64,000 nucleotides of DNA from Deltaproteobacteria bacterium (GTDB lineage: Bacteria; Desulfobacterota_D; UBA1144; Nemesobacterales; UBA2774): positions 2,350-66,349 of the forward strand of contig JAJCZS010000033.1 in assembly GCA_029262275.1 (NCBI GenBank). Direction: 5' to 3'. Of this stretch, positions 49,977 through 60,452 are shown in pieces (positions within the stretch are counted from its first letter, which is position 1; each line of letters starts with the position of its first letter). The notes below the pieces were generated by a model. That model had not been told where the DNA came from. It did not search any database and saw only the letters and a program-made list of their open reading frames with translations. The position numbers and the translations under genes are program-made.

Positions 49977-51323
49977 CTACTCAAGAAAGCTTTTTAGTAT
50001 TATGCCCACTTCAGAGCCTTCTAGTTTCTCAAGAGATCTTTTTTCAATCTGTCTAATTCTCTCTCTTGTAAGCTCAAAGTGCTGTCCTATTTCATCAAGC
50101 GTAAATGTAGATTCATAATCTATACCAAATCTCATTTTTAAAATTTGCTCCTCTCTAGGAGTAAGTGTAGAGAGAGCGTCTTTAATTTTTATGGTCAGGG
50201 TTGCCCTTGCCACTGCGTAATCTGGAATTCTTGATACATCGTCGGGGATAAAATCAAGCAGTGTAGTCTTTTCCCCATCCAAAACAGGAGAGTCCAGCCG
50301 TACTACTTCCTTTGTAGCTTCAAGCACTCTTTTTACGCCCTCAACAGATATTCCGGATTTCTCTGATATTTCCTCCGGCAGAGGTTTTCTTCCTGATTCC
50401 TTATTCATCACAGAACTTATTCTATGAACTTTTGAAGCCTGCTCCAATACATAAACAGGAACACGTATTGTTCTCGTTTGATCCAACAATGATCTTGAGA
50501 TAGCCTGATGAATCCACCACGAGGCATATGTAGAGAACTTATAACCTTTGGTATGATCAAACCTCTCAACCGCTCTCATAAGCCCTACGTTGCCTTCTTG
50601 AATTAAATCCGGCAGAGGCAAACCACGGCTCATGTATCTTTTGGCAATACTTACAACTAATCTCAAATTTGCTTTAATAAATCTGGCTTTAAAACGCTGA
50701 GCTCTTAGATGATATACTTTAGATAACAGATTTGATCTTTTAATACTTTTTCTAGCTATTTCTTTATCAAGCTTTGTTTTTCTAGAGCTAGTTTTAATCT
50801 TTTTATAGGTTTTCCTGGTGCTAGTACTCTTCTCTACATTTGAGATAGTGTTCTCAAGAGACTTGCTTAAAGTCCTCTCAAAAATAGCTTCCATAAACCC
50901 TCTAGCTTCTATGGCTTTACTCTCACATCTTTTTATTTTTGCTGAAACTTCTATTTCTTCTTTTGGAGTTAAAAGAGGCTCAGTGCCCATTTCTCTAAAA
51001 TAGACTTGTAGAAGTCTGAACTCTTCATCGGGAGTAAATTTAGGTTTTTCATCCTCGGAGCTTTCTTCTTTTGTAGTCTCTTCCTTTATATCAACCTTTA
51101 TCTCAACTTCATTTTCAGAGAGTTGCTCTAATAATTTTTCATCAATTTCTTCTTCAAAAATTGGATCTTGTTCTATATTTTGTGCATCGTTTGAATAATC
51201 TTCGAAGGAATTCTTTAGAAGTTTCTTTCCAGAATCATCTGGGGTTTTTGCCCTTGGTTCAACTCTATTTTGAGTTTTGGCAGATCGGGTACGTTTCTTT
51301 GTTTTTAATCTAGCTTGTCTCAT
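49977..51323 (-). CDS. RpoD/RpoS-like sigma-70 factor
   Basis: ANLRLVVSIAKRY, DLIQEGNVGL, KFSTYASWWI, TRERIRQIE; ATG 51323 is 6 nt after AGGAGG. Confidence 0.92.
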   Translation of the reverse strand: MRQARLKTKKRTRSAKTQNRVEPRAKTPDDSGKKLLKNSFEDYSNDAQNIEQDPIFEEEIDEKLLEQLSENEVEIKVDIKEETTKEESSEDEKPKFTPDEEFRLLQVYFREMGTEPLLTPKEEIEVSAKIKRCESKAIEARGFMEAIFERTLSKSLENTISNVEKSTSTRKTYKKIKTSSRKTKLDKEIARKSIKRSNLLSKVYHLRAQRFKARFIKANLRLVVSIAKRYMSRGLPLPDLIQEGNVGLMRAVERFDHTKGYKFSTYASWWIHQAISRSLLDQTRTIRVPVYVLEQASKVHRISSVMNKESGRKPLPEEISEKSGISVEGVKRVLEATKEVVRLDSPVLDGEKTTLLDFIPDDVSRIPDYAVARATLTIKIKDALSTLTPREEQILKMRFGIDYESTFTLDEIGQHFELTRERIRQIEKRSLEKLEGSEVGIILKSFLE

Positions 51324-51347
51324 TACCATCCTCCTTAATAGATGGAA

Positions 51348-52637
51348 TTATTCTCTTATCTGACCCTCTCCTAGAACGATAAACTTAGTTGTCGTTAATT
51401 CCTCAAGACCCATAGGTCCAAAAGCATGAAGCTTAGAGGTGCTGATTCCAATCTCAGCCCCAAGACCAAGTTCAAAACCATCACTGAACCTGGTAGAGGC
51501 GTTAACCATTACTGTAGATGAATTAACACCATTAATAAAGCTTTGTGAATTAGCATAATCTTTAGTAACTATGGACTCAGTATGCATAGACCCATATTTT
51601 TCAATATGAGAGATCGCATCTTCCATACTATCTACAACCTTAACGCTTAATATTAGATCTAAATATTCCTGGGACCAATCATCTTCTTTGGCCTCTGTAA
51701 CTTCAGGCACAATTTCTTTTGTTCTACTGCACCCTCTTAACTCTACGCCTTTATCAATAAAAGATCTACTAGCTTTAGGTAAAAAAGACTTTGCAATATT
51801 TTTATGCACGAGCATTGTTTCCATGGAGTTACATACCCCGGGGCGCTGCACCTTTGCATTTATACAAATACTCTCGGCCATATCCTGATCAGCGCTTTCA
51901 TCAACAAACACGTGGCAGACCCCTTTGTAGTGCTTAAGCACAGGGATTCTTGAGTTCTCAGCTACAAAACGTATGAGCCCTTCTCCACCCCTTGGTATGA
52001 TAAGATCTATAAGCTCATCCAGCTTAAGCATCTCTAGCACAGCATTTCTATCCGTAACAGGGATGATCTGCACTGCATCTTCTGGAAGACCGTGTTGTGA
52101 TAAAGCCTCTCTAAGTATCTGGCCTATTGCCATATTGGATCTTATGGTTTCTGATCCGCCGCGCAGTATCACAGCGTTGCCTGATTTGATACAAAGCCCG
52201 GCAGCGTCTGCTGTTACATTCGGCCTTGATTCATAGATAATCCCAATTACTCCTAGAGGGATTCGCATACGCCCGACCTTAAGTCCATTGGGTCTAGTCC
52301 ACATTCGGACTACTTCCCCAACAGGATCAGTCAGCGCAGCTACTTCTCTAAGACCTTGGGCTACTTTTTCTAGACGCTCTGTGGTTAGGGTAAGCCTATC
52401 TACCATTGCGGATGAAATGTCTTTTGACTTTGCATCCATTACGTCTTTTTGATTTTCACTAATTATAAAGTCGGCTCTTTTAACTAAATTCTGAGCCATA
52501 GTCTCTAAAGCTTTATCTTTTAATCCGGAACTCGCTCTGGACAGTTGTGCGGATGCACTTTTTGCTTTGCTCGCTATATCTACGAGAAGTTGGGACAACT
52601 CGTTATTCATGTTATTTTTTACTTTAGTTGCAGACAT
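51348..52637 (-). CDS. proA: gamma-glutamyl phosphate reductase
   Basis: [38 protein letters not shown]. Confidence 0.97.
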   Translation of the reverse strand: MSATKVKNNMNNELSQLLVDIASKAKSASAQLSRASSGLKDKALETMAQNLVKRADFIISENQKDVMDAKSKDISSAMVDRLTLTTERLEKVAQGLREVAALTDPVGEVVRMWTRPNGLKVGRMRIPLGVIGIIYESRPNVTADAAGLCIKSGNAVILRGGSETIRSNMAIGQILREALSQHGLPEDAVQIIPVTDRNAVLEMLKLDELIDLIIPRGGEGLIRFVAENSRIPVLKHYKGVCHVFVDESADQDMAESICINAKVQRPGVCNSMETMLVHKNIAKSFLPKASRSFIDKGVELRGCSRTKEIVPEVTEAKEDDWSQEYLDLILSVKVVDSMEDAISHIEKYGSMHTESIVTKDYANSQSFINGVNSSTVMVNASTRFSDGFELGLGAEIGISTSKLHAFGPMGLEELTTTKFIVLGEGQIRE

Positions 52638-52768
52638 TTTTTCTTTTAATTACAGACATTTAGATCAGATTAGACAAATCACCGCTCCAAATAGAATGAT
52701 AATACACCTGCAGACTTAAAGTCAAGCATATTAATTAAAATATACCTGGTAATTTAGATTATAAAATT

Positions 52769-52813
52769 AGAGACCCTATAAAGCTTGCTCTACAAGCTCC
52801 AGGGTCTCTTTTT
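52769..52813. terminator. stem-loop terminator downstream of cysC
   Basis: AGAGACCCT..AGCTTG-CTCTA-CAAGCT..AGGGTCTCT. Confidence 0.65.
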
Positions 52814-52859
52814 AGATTAATTTATTTCTGAGTTCTTGCTAAGAAATAAGATGAATTAC

Positions 52860-53459
52860 CTACTTAGGAAGTACACCTTTTTCATTTAGATAATCTAAAA
52901 TGATATCTACTGATCCTTCCAAGCTGACTTTACTTGTGTCAATGGTAATTTCAGCGTTTAGAGGAGCTTCATAGGGATCGTCTATGCCAGTGAAACCTTT
53001 AATAATTCCTTCCCTAGCTTTCTTGTAGAGACCCTTAACATCACGCTCTTCACAAACAGCAAGTGGGGCATCAACAAAAACTTCAACGAATTCTCCCTCT
53101 TCTACAAGCTCTCTTACTTTATCGCGGTCAACAATGTATGGAGATACAAAGGCAGAAAGCACTATGGCCCCAGAGTCAACAAATAGTTTGGATACCTCTC
53201 CAATACGTCTTATGTTCTCACCTCTATCCTCTTCTGAGAAGCCTAGATCCTTACAAAGACCCATTCTAACGTTATCGCCATCAAGAATGTATGTTCTGGC
53301 TCTCATAGCAATAAGCTTTTTCTCAAGCTCATTTGCAATTGTAGACTTTCCTGAGCTTGGCAGCCCAGTGAACCATAAAATTAGAGATCCGTGGCTATTA
53401 AGACTTCTTCTGTCTTGCTTAGTGATCTCGTGTTGGTGTGGAATTACAAATCTTTCCAT
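52860..53459 (-). CDS. cysC: adenylyl-sulfate kinase
   Basis: WFTGLPSSGKST, LDGDNVR, RDVKGLY, FTGIDDPYE. Confidence 0.97.
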   Translation of the reverse strand: MERFVIPHQHEITKQDRRSLNSHGSLILWFTGLPSSGKSTIANELEKKLIAMRARTYILDGDNVRMGLCKDLGFSEEDRGENIRRIGEVSKLFVDSGAIVLSAFVSPYIVDRDKVRELVEEGEFVEVFVDAPLAVCEERDVKGLYKKAREGIIKGFTGIDDPYEAPLNAEITIDTSKVSLEGSVDIILDYLNEKGVLPK

Positions 53460-53629
53460 TAAATGCCTCCTATCGAATCCATGAATTCTGAATTGTCATT
53501 TATTAACTATTTTGGGTCAAGATTTTAAGTGAAATTACAGAAAGGTCAAAATTTCCCGACTCTGGATTTTCTATTTCCCTCCAGAGAACAAGTAATTTAT
53601 CCATGTACTGTAATATCAACCTATATCTA

Positions 53630-53809
53630 TTAAAACAGTGTATAGATAAACGGAGCTACTGCAGAGCCTTGAGCAAACACAATTAGCAGGCCAAATAGTA
53701 GCAATATGAAAAGCATAGGGGTAATCCACCACCACTTGTTGTGGATAAAGAACTGTAGCAGCTCTCCCATTATGCCCATTCTATTAGTTAAGCTTTTCAA
53801 AAAAGACAT
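53630..53809 (-). CDS. DUF5989 / SxtK-like small membrane protein (not in the ORF track)
   Basis: 59 aa MSFLKSLTNRMGIMGELLQFFIHNKWWWITPMLFILLLFGLLIVFAQGSAVAPFIYTLF; signature KWW..P and APFIYTLF; AGGA upstream. Confidence 0.9.
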   Translation of the reverse strand: MSFLKSLTNRMGIMGELLQFFIHNKWWWITPMLFILLLFGLLIVFAQGSAVAPFIYTLF

Positions 53810-53871
53810 TACATTTCCTGTGGATAATAATACAGCAATTTGAACAAAGGTTAAATCTAATCTGTAATATT

Positions 53872-55659
53872 CTATGTTAGTTTATCTTTATGTACCAAAT
53901 AATTACCTAATACTAGAAGATCCATACCGCTTGCATTAAAAGAGCTAAAAGCCTCGGCAGGAGTGTTAACCACAGGCTCTCCCTTAAGATTAAATGAGGT
54001 GTTTAGCAGCACTGGAACTCCGGTTGCGTCACCAAACGTTTCAATAAGTTTGTAGTATTTGGGATTTAGTTCTTTTCTGACCGTCTGGAGCCTTCCAGTA
54101 CCGTCAACGTGAGTTATCGCAGGAAGCACGTCCCATTTGTCTTTATGCACATCAGTTACATATAGCATAAATCTTGCAGGGTAGTGTTTCTCTGGCTCGT
54201 CAATATCAAAATACTCTCCAGCCTTCTCAACTAAAACTGATGGGGCAAAGGGTCTAAATGGCTCTCTAAATTTAATTTTCACGTTCACTATATCTTTCAT
54301 CTCTGTACTTCTGGGATCGGCCAATATACTTCTGTTCCCAAGTGCTCTTGGGCCCCATTCAAACCGGCCTTGATGCCAGCCAATAACTTTTCCATTTTGT
54401 ATGCTATCTACAACCTGCTCCATTAGCTTGTCTTCATTTTCCACTAGCTCGTATGGAATGTTGTTTTCTTTTAGAAATGCTTCCGTATCCGCTGCGCTGT
54501 GTTCCTGACCCCAGTATGCGTGTTCCATAACAAAATTTCTGGGTTTTCCTAAAATTGCATGGTACCCATAGAGAGCTGCTCCAGTTGATGCTCCACCGTC
54601 ACCTGCAGCTGGTTGAATATAAATTTCTTCAAAGTCAGTTTCGGTGAGCACTTTTTTGTTAGCCACACTATTTAGCGCCACACCACCTGCCATGCATAGG
54701 TGTTTTAGACCAGTTTGTTTTTGCGCATAGTTGGCCATTTTCACAACTATCTGCTCTGTCACAACCTGTATGCTTGCTGCAATATCAGCGTAATACTGGT
54801 TTTGTTTGGCTATCTCGTCATAGTTGTCAGGTTTATCTCCGAAATACGCAGGGTAGCCACTTGCATCTGTAAAGAAATTTGCTTTTTGATCTCTTGGATC
54901 ACCAAATATTTCTTCAAATTTTTTATTAAATGTTTTATCGGTAGAATAGTGATAGCAGAAGTAGTCCATATCCAGCTCAAATCCGCCTTCGTCGTCTACT
55001 TTGACAACTTCATAGACTTGATCTACATATTTAGGCTCTCCAAACGGAGCCATTCCCATTACTTTGTACTCCCCTTCATTCACTTCGAACCCTAAAAATG
55101 CGGTAAAAGCACTATAGAGTAGCCCAAGAGAATTAGGGAATCTAATCTCTTTTAATATTTGAATATCGGTCCCTCTTCCCACTCCGAGTGTAGCGGTTGT
55201 CCACTCACCTACTCCGTCTATTGTTAGAATGGCTGCTTCATTAAATGGGGAACAATAAAAACTACTTGCTGCATGTGAGATATGGTGTTCACAAAAGAGT
55301 ATTTTTGAGGCATCAATGTCGAGTTTTTTTTGAATGAGATGCTTAACCCATAGTTTTTCTCCAAGCTGTGTAATCATGGATTCTCTAAACAGCTTAAGAG
55401 ACTTTGGAAACGTCTGCATTGTATCTAGGAGTAAGCGCTCAAATTTAAGAAAGGGTTTTTCAAAGTACATTACATATTCCAGGTCCTGCGGCTCAATACC
55501 TTCTAAATTAAGGCAGAAGTTAATCGCATTCTCTGGATATTCAGAGTCGTGTTTTATTCTTGTGAATCTCTCTTCTTCAGCTGCAGCCACTACTACTCCG
55601 TCTTTAATAAGAGTTGCTGCTGCATCATGGTAATAACATGAAATTCCTAATATATACAT
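53872..55659 (-). CDS. carbamoyltransferase (NodU/CmcH/SxtI family)
   Basis: YYHDAAA, EEERFTRIKH, EHHISHA, DGVGE, GEYKVMG, GPRALGNRS, LNTSFN. Confidence 0.96.
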   Translation of the reverse strand: MYILGISCYYHDAAATLIKDGVVVAAAEEERFTRIKHDSEYPENAINFCLNLEGIEPQDLEYVMYFEKPFLKFERLLLDTMQTFPKSLKLFRESMITQLGEKLWVKHLIQKKLDIDASKILFCEHHISHAASSFYCSPFNEAAILTIDGVGEWTTATLGVGRGTDIQILKEIRFPNSLGLLYSAFTAFLGFEVNEGEYKVMGMAPFGEPKYVDQVYEVVKVDDEGGFELDMDYFCYHYSTDKTFNKKFEEIFGDPRDQKANFFTDASGYPAYFGDKPDNYDEIAKQNQYYADIAASIQVVTEQIVVKMANYAQKQTGLKHLCMAGGVALNSVANKKVLTETDFEEIYIQPAAGDGGASTGAALYGYHAILGKPRNFVMEHAYWGQEHSAADTEAFLKENNIPYELVENEDKLMEQVVDSIQNGKVIGWHQGRFEWGPRALGNRSILADPRSTEMKDIVNVKIKFREPFRPFAPSVLVEKAGEYFDIDEPEKHYPARFMLYVTDVHKDKWDVLPAITHVDGTGRLQTVRKELNPKYYKLIETFGDATGVPVLLNTSFNLKGEPVVNTPAEAFSSFNASGMDLLVLGNYLVHKDKLT

Positions 55660-55718
55660 AATTCAAGAGCTCCTAAAAAACTAAGCATTTTATTTCGTTG
55701 TAGAATGTAATGATAGGT

Positions 55719-55997
55719 TTAAGACTGCCTCTCAGCTCTCTCTAGAACTGATAATTCCGTATCATCTTCTCTATTGTGCCATCCAACATGTTCTTTCTTT
55801 TTTATCTCTAACGGATCGGTAAACAGTTTTACCATCATAGCAAAAGGGAAAAGTAGTATGAAATAAAACAGAGTAAGAATGACTCTTGCATTGAAATCTC
55901 CAATTTTGCGGGCTACCCTCTTCCATCCTTCCCAAAGTCTTCTAAAAAACCCCTGTTTTTCAGTCTCAGGGCTACTATTCTTTTCCACTTCACTCAT
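55719..55997 (-). CDS. SxtJ-like membrane protein (short form)
   Basis: W...A..IG..N.RVILTLFYF...P....DPL pattern; adjacent to the carbamoyltransferase. Confidence 0.78.
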   Translation of the reverse strand: MSEVEKNSSPETEKQGFFRRLWEGWKRVARKIGDFNARVILTLFYFILLFPFAMMVKLFTDPLEIKKKEHVGWHNREDDTELSVLERAERQS

Positions 55998-56212
55998 ATA
56001 AACATATCCTTAAAATTATTTTATTTATCAGCACACATTACCAGGAAATTTTGTAGTTTAACAGGAAAGATTAAATAAAATACCTTACGTAGTGCTTTTT
56101 GGAACTTTAATTTTACTTAAATTTATGCAGACCTTCTACCTTTTGGGGCTAGGAATTTGACAAAACTCAAAATACTGAAAAAATTAAGGGAAAATTATCT
56201 TGGAGGAATACC

Positions 56213-56629
56213 TTGGAACGAACACTATCTATTATAAAACCAGACGGGGTCGAAAAAAATGTTGTCGGAGAAATTATCTCCAGATTTGAGAAGAACGGAC
56301 TAAACATAGCTGCAATGAAGAAAATAAAACTCAGCAAATCAGATGCTGAAGGGTTCTACGCAGTGCATAAGGAAAGACCTTTCTTTGGCTCTCTAACTGA
56401 TTTTATGTCCAGAGGACCTGTAGTTGTAATAGTTTTAGAGGGAGAAGGAGCAATCTCGAAGAACAGAGAGATCATGGGAGCTACAAACCCTGAGGAAGCT
56501 GCTGAAGGTACAATTAGAAAAGATTTTGCTACAAACATTGAAGAAAATACTGTTCATGGCTCAGATGCACCTGAGACAGCCGAGGTTGAGATAAACTATT
56601 TCTTCAACGCATTCGAAATCACCGGCTAA
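56213..56629 (+). CDS. ndk: nucleoside-diphosphate kinase
   Basis: [23 protein letters not shown]. Confidence 0.98.
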   Translation: MERTLSIIKPDGVEKNVVGEIISRFEKNGLNIAAMKKIKLSKSDAEGFYAVHKERPFFGSLTDFMSRGPVVVIVLEGEGAISKNREIMGATNPEEAAEGTIRKDFATNIEENTVHGSDAPETAEVEINYFFNAFEITG

Positions 56630-56675
56630 TTAAAATCAACGTATAAAAATCGTAAACGGTCCCACTTAGATTCTA

Positions 56676-57359
56676 TTAATTGGGGCCGTTTTCTTTATTT
56701 AAGTCCGCATTAAAAACTATACTGAAGTGCTTGATAAATCTTTCGACCACACTCTCCATTGGCACTTGAGATCCTAAGACCTTCTCCATTGATGTAACTA
56801 CCACATCAGAAATTCCGCAGGGAACAATAAGGGAAAAACTATCTAGATCGGTGCTCACGTTTAATGCAGAGCCGTGCATGGTGATTCCGTTTTTTACAGA
56901 AACTCCAATTGAAGCTATTTTCTGGCCACTAGTCCAAACCCCTGGGTATCCATCTCTTCTATCTGATTCTATACCATATTCCGCGAGTAAATTTATAAGG
57001 ACCTGTTCAAGCAAATTGATATAGGCTTTAGCTCCAAGGTTAAAATCTCGTAAGTTTACAATTGGATAAGAAACAAGTTGTCCCGGGCCGTGGTAAGTGA
57101 GGTCTCCTCCCCTATCGGTATTATGCACTTCAACACCAAGCTCTTCTATTTTAGTGACCGGGAGCACGTAGTTATCATCACTTCCAAAACGCCCATTGGT
57201 AATTACTGGGAAGTGTTCAAGTAAAAATAGATAACCAGATATTCCGTTTCTAGATAATTTGATATTTTCATGAGCCCTCTGCTGAATTTGAAGTCCGTCA
57301 CTATATCCAGTTTTATCTAGGTGTTCATATAGAACTATGTTTTTTAGACCCTCACTCAT
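56676..57359 (-). CDS. lipB: octanoyltransferase LipB
   Basis: LEHFPV.T.G, RGGDLTYHGPGQ, KIASIG, HGSALN, IVPCG. Confidence 0.96.
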   Translation of the reverse strand: MSEGLKNIVLYEHLDKTGYSDGLQIQQRAHENIKLSRNGISGYLFLLEHFPVITNGRFGSDDNYVLPVTKIEELGVEVHNTDRGGDLTYHGPGQLVSYPIVNLRDFNLGAKAYINLLEQVLINLLAEYGIESDRRDGYPGVWTSGQKIASIGVSVKNGITMHGSALNVSTDLDSFSLIVPCGISDVVVTSMEKVLGSQVPMESVVERFIKHFSIVFNADLNKENGPN

Positions 57360-57419
57360 TTAAAATAGTTTAATCAATTTAACGAACATATACACAACAG
57401 TTATAATCTCAAAATAGAT

Positions 57420-58424
57420 ATGAAACCTAAGAAATCTACTAAAGCTGGCTTTGATGAGTTTCTTCAAGAAATATCATCTGCAGATATTAAACCTGTCTAT
57501 ATATTCACTGGAGATCAAATCCATCTCGTCGAGAAAGCATTGAGCGAGCTTCGGACTAAAGTGTTTGGAAATGAGGATGATATGAACTATGTTGTGTTCC
57601 ACGGGGATTCAGCATCGGGTGAGGAAATCTTAGAAAATGCCTCTACAGTGCCCATGTTTAGTAGCAAAAAAATTGTTGTTGTTAAAAATGCCGAAAAGTT
57701 AAAAGCAGATCAACTTAAATCCCTTGAGCCTTACATGGAATCACCCTCCCCCCAAGCTACGCTTATTATGATCTTTTCTGACGGCAAGGCGCCTAAGATA
57801 AAAAACAAGAAGCTTCCTAGATTTGACTTCAGCCTACAAAAAGGCAACACCGTCTCTGCAGTAAGGGAAGAGGCTAAAGCACTTGGGTTCACGATAACGC
57901 CAAAAGCGGCCCAGACCTTGATATCACTTGTCGGAGAGGACTTAAAAGAGCTTAACAACGAACTTATAAAACTGTCTCTATATCGCACAGAAGGTAGTGC
58001 AATAGAAATAGAGGATATTGAGAATCACACAAGAAAAGCACAATTTGGAGATATTTTTGCATTAATAAATGCAATATCAAAGAAGAATAAAAAGGATGCT
58101 CAAAGGGCACTGATGGATCTTGAAGAACAAGGAGAAGAGCCACTTTCTGTTTTGAGCAGGCTGATATGGCGATTTAGGCTGATTTGGAAAGCTAAGGAAC
58201 TTACAGATGAAAAAATGCCCAAGGATGAGATACTTAAGGAGTTGAAGATGTCCTCAGGTGCGTTTTATTATTTGAGTCAGGATCTTAAAAAGTATAGCTA
58301 CGCGGATATCACTCGCATAATGGGACTTCTCAAGGATTGTGACAAAAAGTTAAAGATGAGTTATGTGCCAAGAGATTTCCATCTCACTAAGCTTGTGACG
58401 GAGCTATGCACAAAGCGTCCATAA
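57420..58424 (+). CDS. holA: DNA polymerase III delta subunit
   Basis: PVYIFTG, PMFSSKKIVVVK, NELIKL; convergent with rpsT. Confidence 0.88.
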   Translation: MKPKKSTKAGFDEFLQEISSADIKPVYIFTGDQIHLVEKALSELRTKVFGNEDDMNYVVFHGDSASGEEILENASTVPMFSSKKIVVVKNAEKLKADQLKSLEPYMESPSPQATLIMIFSDGKAPKIKNKKLPRFDFSLQKGNTVSAVREEAKALGFTITPKAAQTLISLVGEDLKELNNELIKLSLYRTEGSAIEIEDIENHTRKAQFGDIFALINAISKKNKKDAQRALMDLEEQGEEPLSVLSRLIWRFRLIWKAKELTDEKMPKDEILKELKMSSGAFYYLSQDLKKYSYADITRIMGLLKDCDKKLKMSYVPRDFHLTKLVTELCTKRP

Positions 58425-58449
58425 AATAACAGGATGGATTGATTTAGGT

Positions 58450-58719
58450 TTATGAGGAAAGTGAAGCTACTTTCTTGGAAATTCTTGAAACCTTACGAGA
58501 AGCGGTTTCTTTTTTAAGAACACCCTTGGAAGCGGCTTTACGTAGTTTAATTTCAGTCTCTTTTAGAACTTGCTGAGCAGCATTAACGTCTTTACTCTCA
58601 AGAACTGATTCAAACTTTTTAAGCTGAGTTTTAAGATCGGACTTGATTACTATGTTACGATCTCTTTTCTTCAAGCTTTGACGATGTCTCTTAATTCCAG
58701 ATTTAATTCTTTCGGCCAT
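58450..58719 (-). CDS. rpsT: 30S ribosomal protein S20
   Basis: KS.IKR.RQ....RN, KAASKGVL...ASRKVSR. Confidence 0.96.
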   Translation of the reverse strand: MAERIKSGIKRHRQSLKKRDRNIVIKSDLKTQLKKFESVLESKDVNAAQQVLKETEIKLRKAASKGVLKKETASRKVSRISKKVASLSS

Positions 58720-58781
58720 TAATTAATATTCCTCCGAGCAATAATTTGCTATAGTTTGCAGGGAATTAGCTATTTGTCAAA

Positions 58782-59528
58782 TTAAGTTTTAGTAGTCACT
58801 ATTAAAAATTCCTTATTCCCCTCTGCCCCCAAAATCGGAGAGGCAATTACTCCTTTAATATCCATATCATGTTCATCTAAATGCTTAGTTATCTTTTCTA
58901 CTACCTGAATGTGTTTATTTTCGTCCCTTACTATTCCTCCTTTGCCCACTTCGCCTTTGCCAACTTCAAACTGAGGCTTTATTAGTGCAGCTAGTACTCC
59001 CTTAGGTTTAAGGAACCCAAGTATTGAGGGAATAACTTTTGTAAGAGATATAAAGGAGACATCCATAACAACTATGTCTACAGGATCAGCGATGTCATGA
59101 GGCTGTAAGTGCCGTGCGTTTACTTTCTCCATAACCACTATACGGTCGTCATTTCTAAGTTTCCAGTCCAGCTGACCATAGCCCACATCTAATGCATAAA
59201 CTTTTGTGGCTCCCCGTTGTAAAAGACAGTCTGTAAATCCTCCTGTAGAAGCCCCTACATCAAGAGCAACCATGTCACTTACGTCTATATCAAAATGTTT
59301 GAGTGCTTCTTCTAACTTTAATCCCCCGCGACTTACAAATTTTATAGAGGAGTCTTTTATAGTAACTTCAGAGTCACTTTTTATGAGAGTGCCTGCTTTA
59401 TCTACTTTTTGACCGTCTACGTATACGCCGCCTCCCATTATAAGCGCCTGAGCCCTGGTTCTAGAGGGAGCAAGATTTCTCTCAACTAAAAGAAGATCTA
59501 ATCTTTGTTTTTTCAGGGGCTTTTTCAT
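58782..59528 (-). CDS. tlyA: TlyA family RNA methyltransferase
   Basis: S4 domain RLDLLL, VSRGGLKL, DVGASTGGFTD, KPQFE. Confidence 0.96.
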   Translation of the reverse strand: MKKPLKKQRLDLLLVERNLAPSRTRAQALIMGGGVYVDGQKVDKAGTLIKSDSEVTIKDSSIKFVSRGGLKLEEALKHFDIDVSDMVALDVGASTGGFTDCLLQRGATKVYALDVGYGQLDWKLRNDDRIVVMEKVNARHLQPHDIADPVDIVVMDVSFISLTKVIPSILGFLKPKGVLAALIKPQFEVGKGEVGKGGIVRDENKHIQVVEKITKHLDEHDMDIKGVIASPILGAEGNKEFLIVTTKT

Positions 59529-59553
59529 AACAATAAAATGAATTTATTCATAC

Positions 59554-60450
59554 TTAGAATTTTCTATCGGTTAGATATAAAGCAATTTCTCTAAGTGGAG
59601 TAGCTTTATCATTAAAATCTTTTATAGATTTAAGAGCTTTCTTAGTAAGAACTTCTGCTTTTCTTTTAGACTTCTTAAGACCTACAAGCTCAGGATAGGT
59701 TGTTTTTCTATTTCTAGCGTCAGCACCGACCTCTTTGCCCATATCACTTCCTCCCTCGATATCTAAAACATCATCTACTATCTGAAAAGAGAGTCCTAGA
59801 GCTTTAGCAAAAACACTTAACTTTTTTAACTGCTTATCATTTGCTCCACCTATCTTTGCGCCTACTGATATTGCAACTTCGATCATAGCGCCCGTTTTAA
59901 GAGAATGCATCTTTTCTACCTGATCCACCGATACATCATTTACCCCTTCTAGGGCCAAATCAATTGCCTGCCCGCGTATCATACCGCCAGATCCAGCTGC
60001 ACTGGATATATCTGACACTATTTCAGTAAGAATTTTTGGACGTAGTCCGCTTTCTAGACCTTCTTTTATCATTATGTTAAATGCATCTGTTAGAAGCGCA
60101 TCTCCAGCTAAAACCGCAACAGCCTCTCCGTATACATTATGGTTCGTAGGGACTCCTCTTCTTAAGGAATCGTCATCCATACATGGAAGATCATCATGTA
60201 TAAGCGAGTAGGTGTGGATCATCTCCAGCGCGCAAGCTATTGGCAGTACTTTCTCATCTTTACCGCCAAAGGCTTCATTTGCAGCAATCATCAAAATAGG
60301 CCTCAGCCTTTTTCCTCCTGACAATGCACTATAACGAATGGATTCTTCTAGTGGTGTTATGGATTTGGGTGAATACTTAAGTAGAGAATCAAGTTTTCTG
60401 TCAACAAGCTCTCTTTTAGAAGCGAGATAACTCTTAATGTTAAATCCCAT
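59554..60450 (-). CDS. ispA: farnesyl diphosphate synthase (polyprenyl synthetase)
   Basis: GGKRLRP, SLIHDDLPCMD, FQIVDDVLD. Confidence 0.94.
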   Translation of the reverse strand: MGFNIKSYLASKRELVDRKLDSLLKYSPKSITPLEESIRYSALSGGKRLRPILMIAANEAFGGKDEKVLPIACALEMIHTYSLIHDDLPCMDDDSLRRGVPTNHNVYGEAVAVLAGDALLTDAFNIMIKEGLESGLRPKILTEIVSDISSAAGSGGMIRGQAIDLALEGVNDVSVDQVEKMHSLKTGAMIEVAISVGAKIGGANDKQLKKLSVFAKALGLSFQIVDDVLDIEGGSDMGKEVGADARNRKTTYPELVGLKKSKRKAEVLTKKALKSIKDFNDKATPLREIALYLTDRKF

Positions 60451-60452
60451 AG

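Noticed and set aside
52860-55997. Saxitoxin biosynthesis cluster
   Set aside because: Only sxtI/J/K/O-like genes are present; no sxtA, sxtG, sxtB or other core genes in the window.
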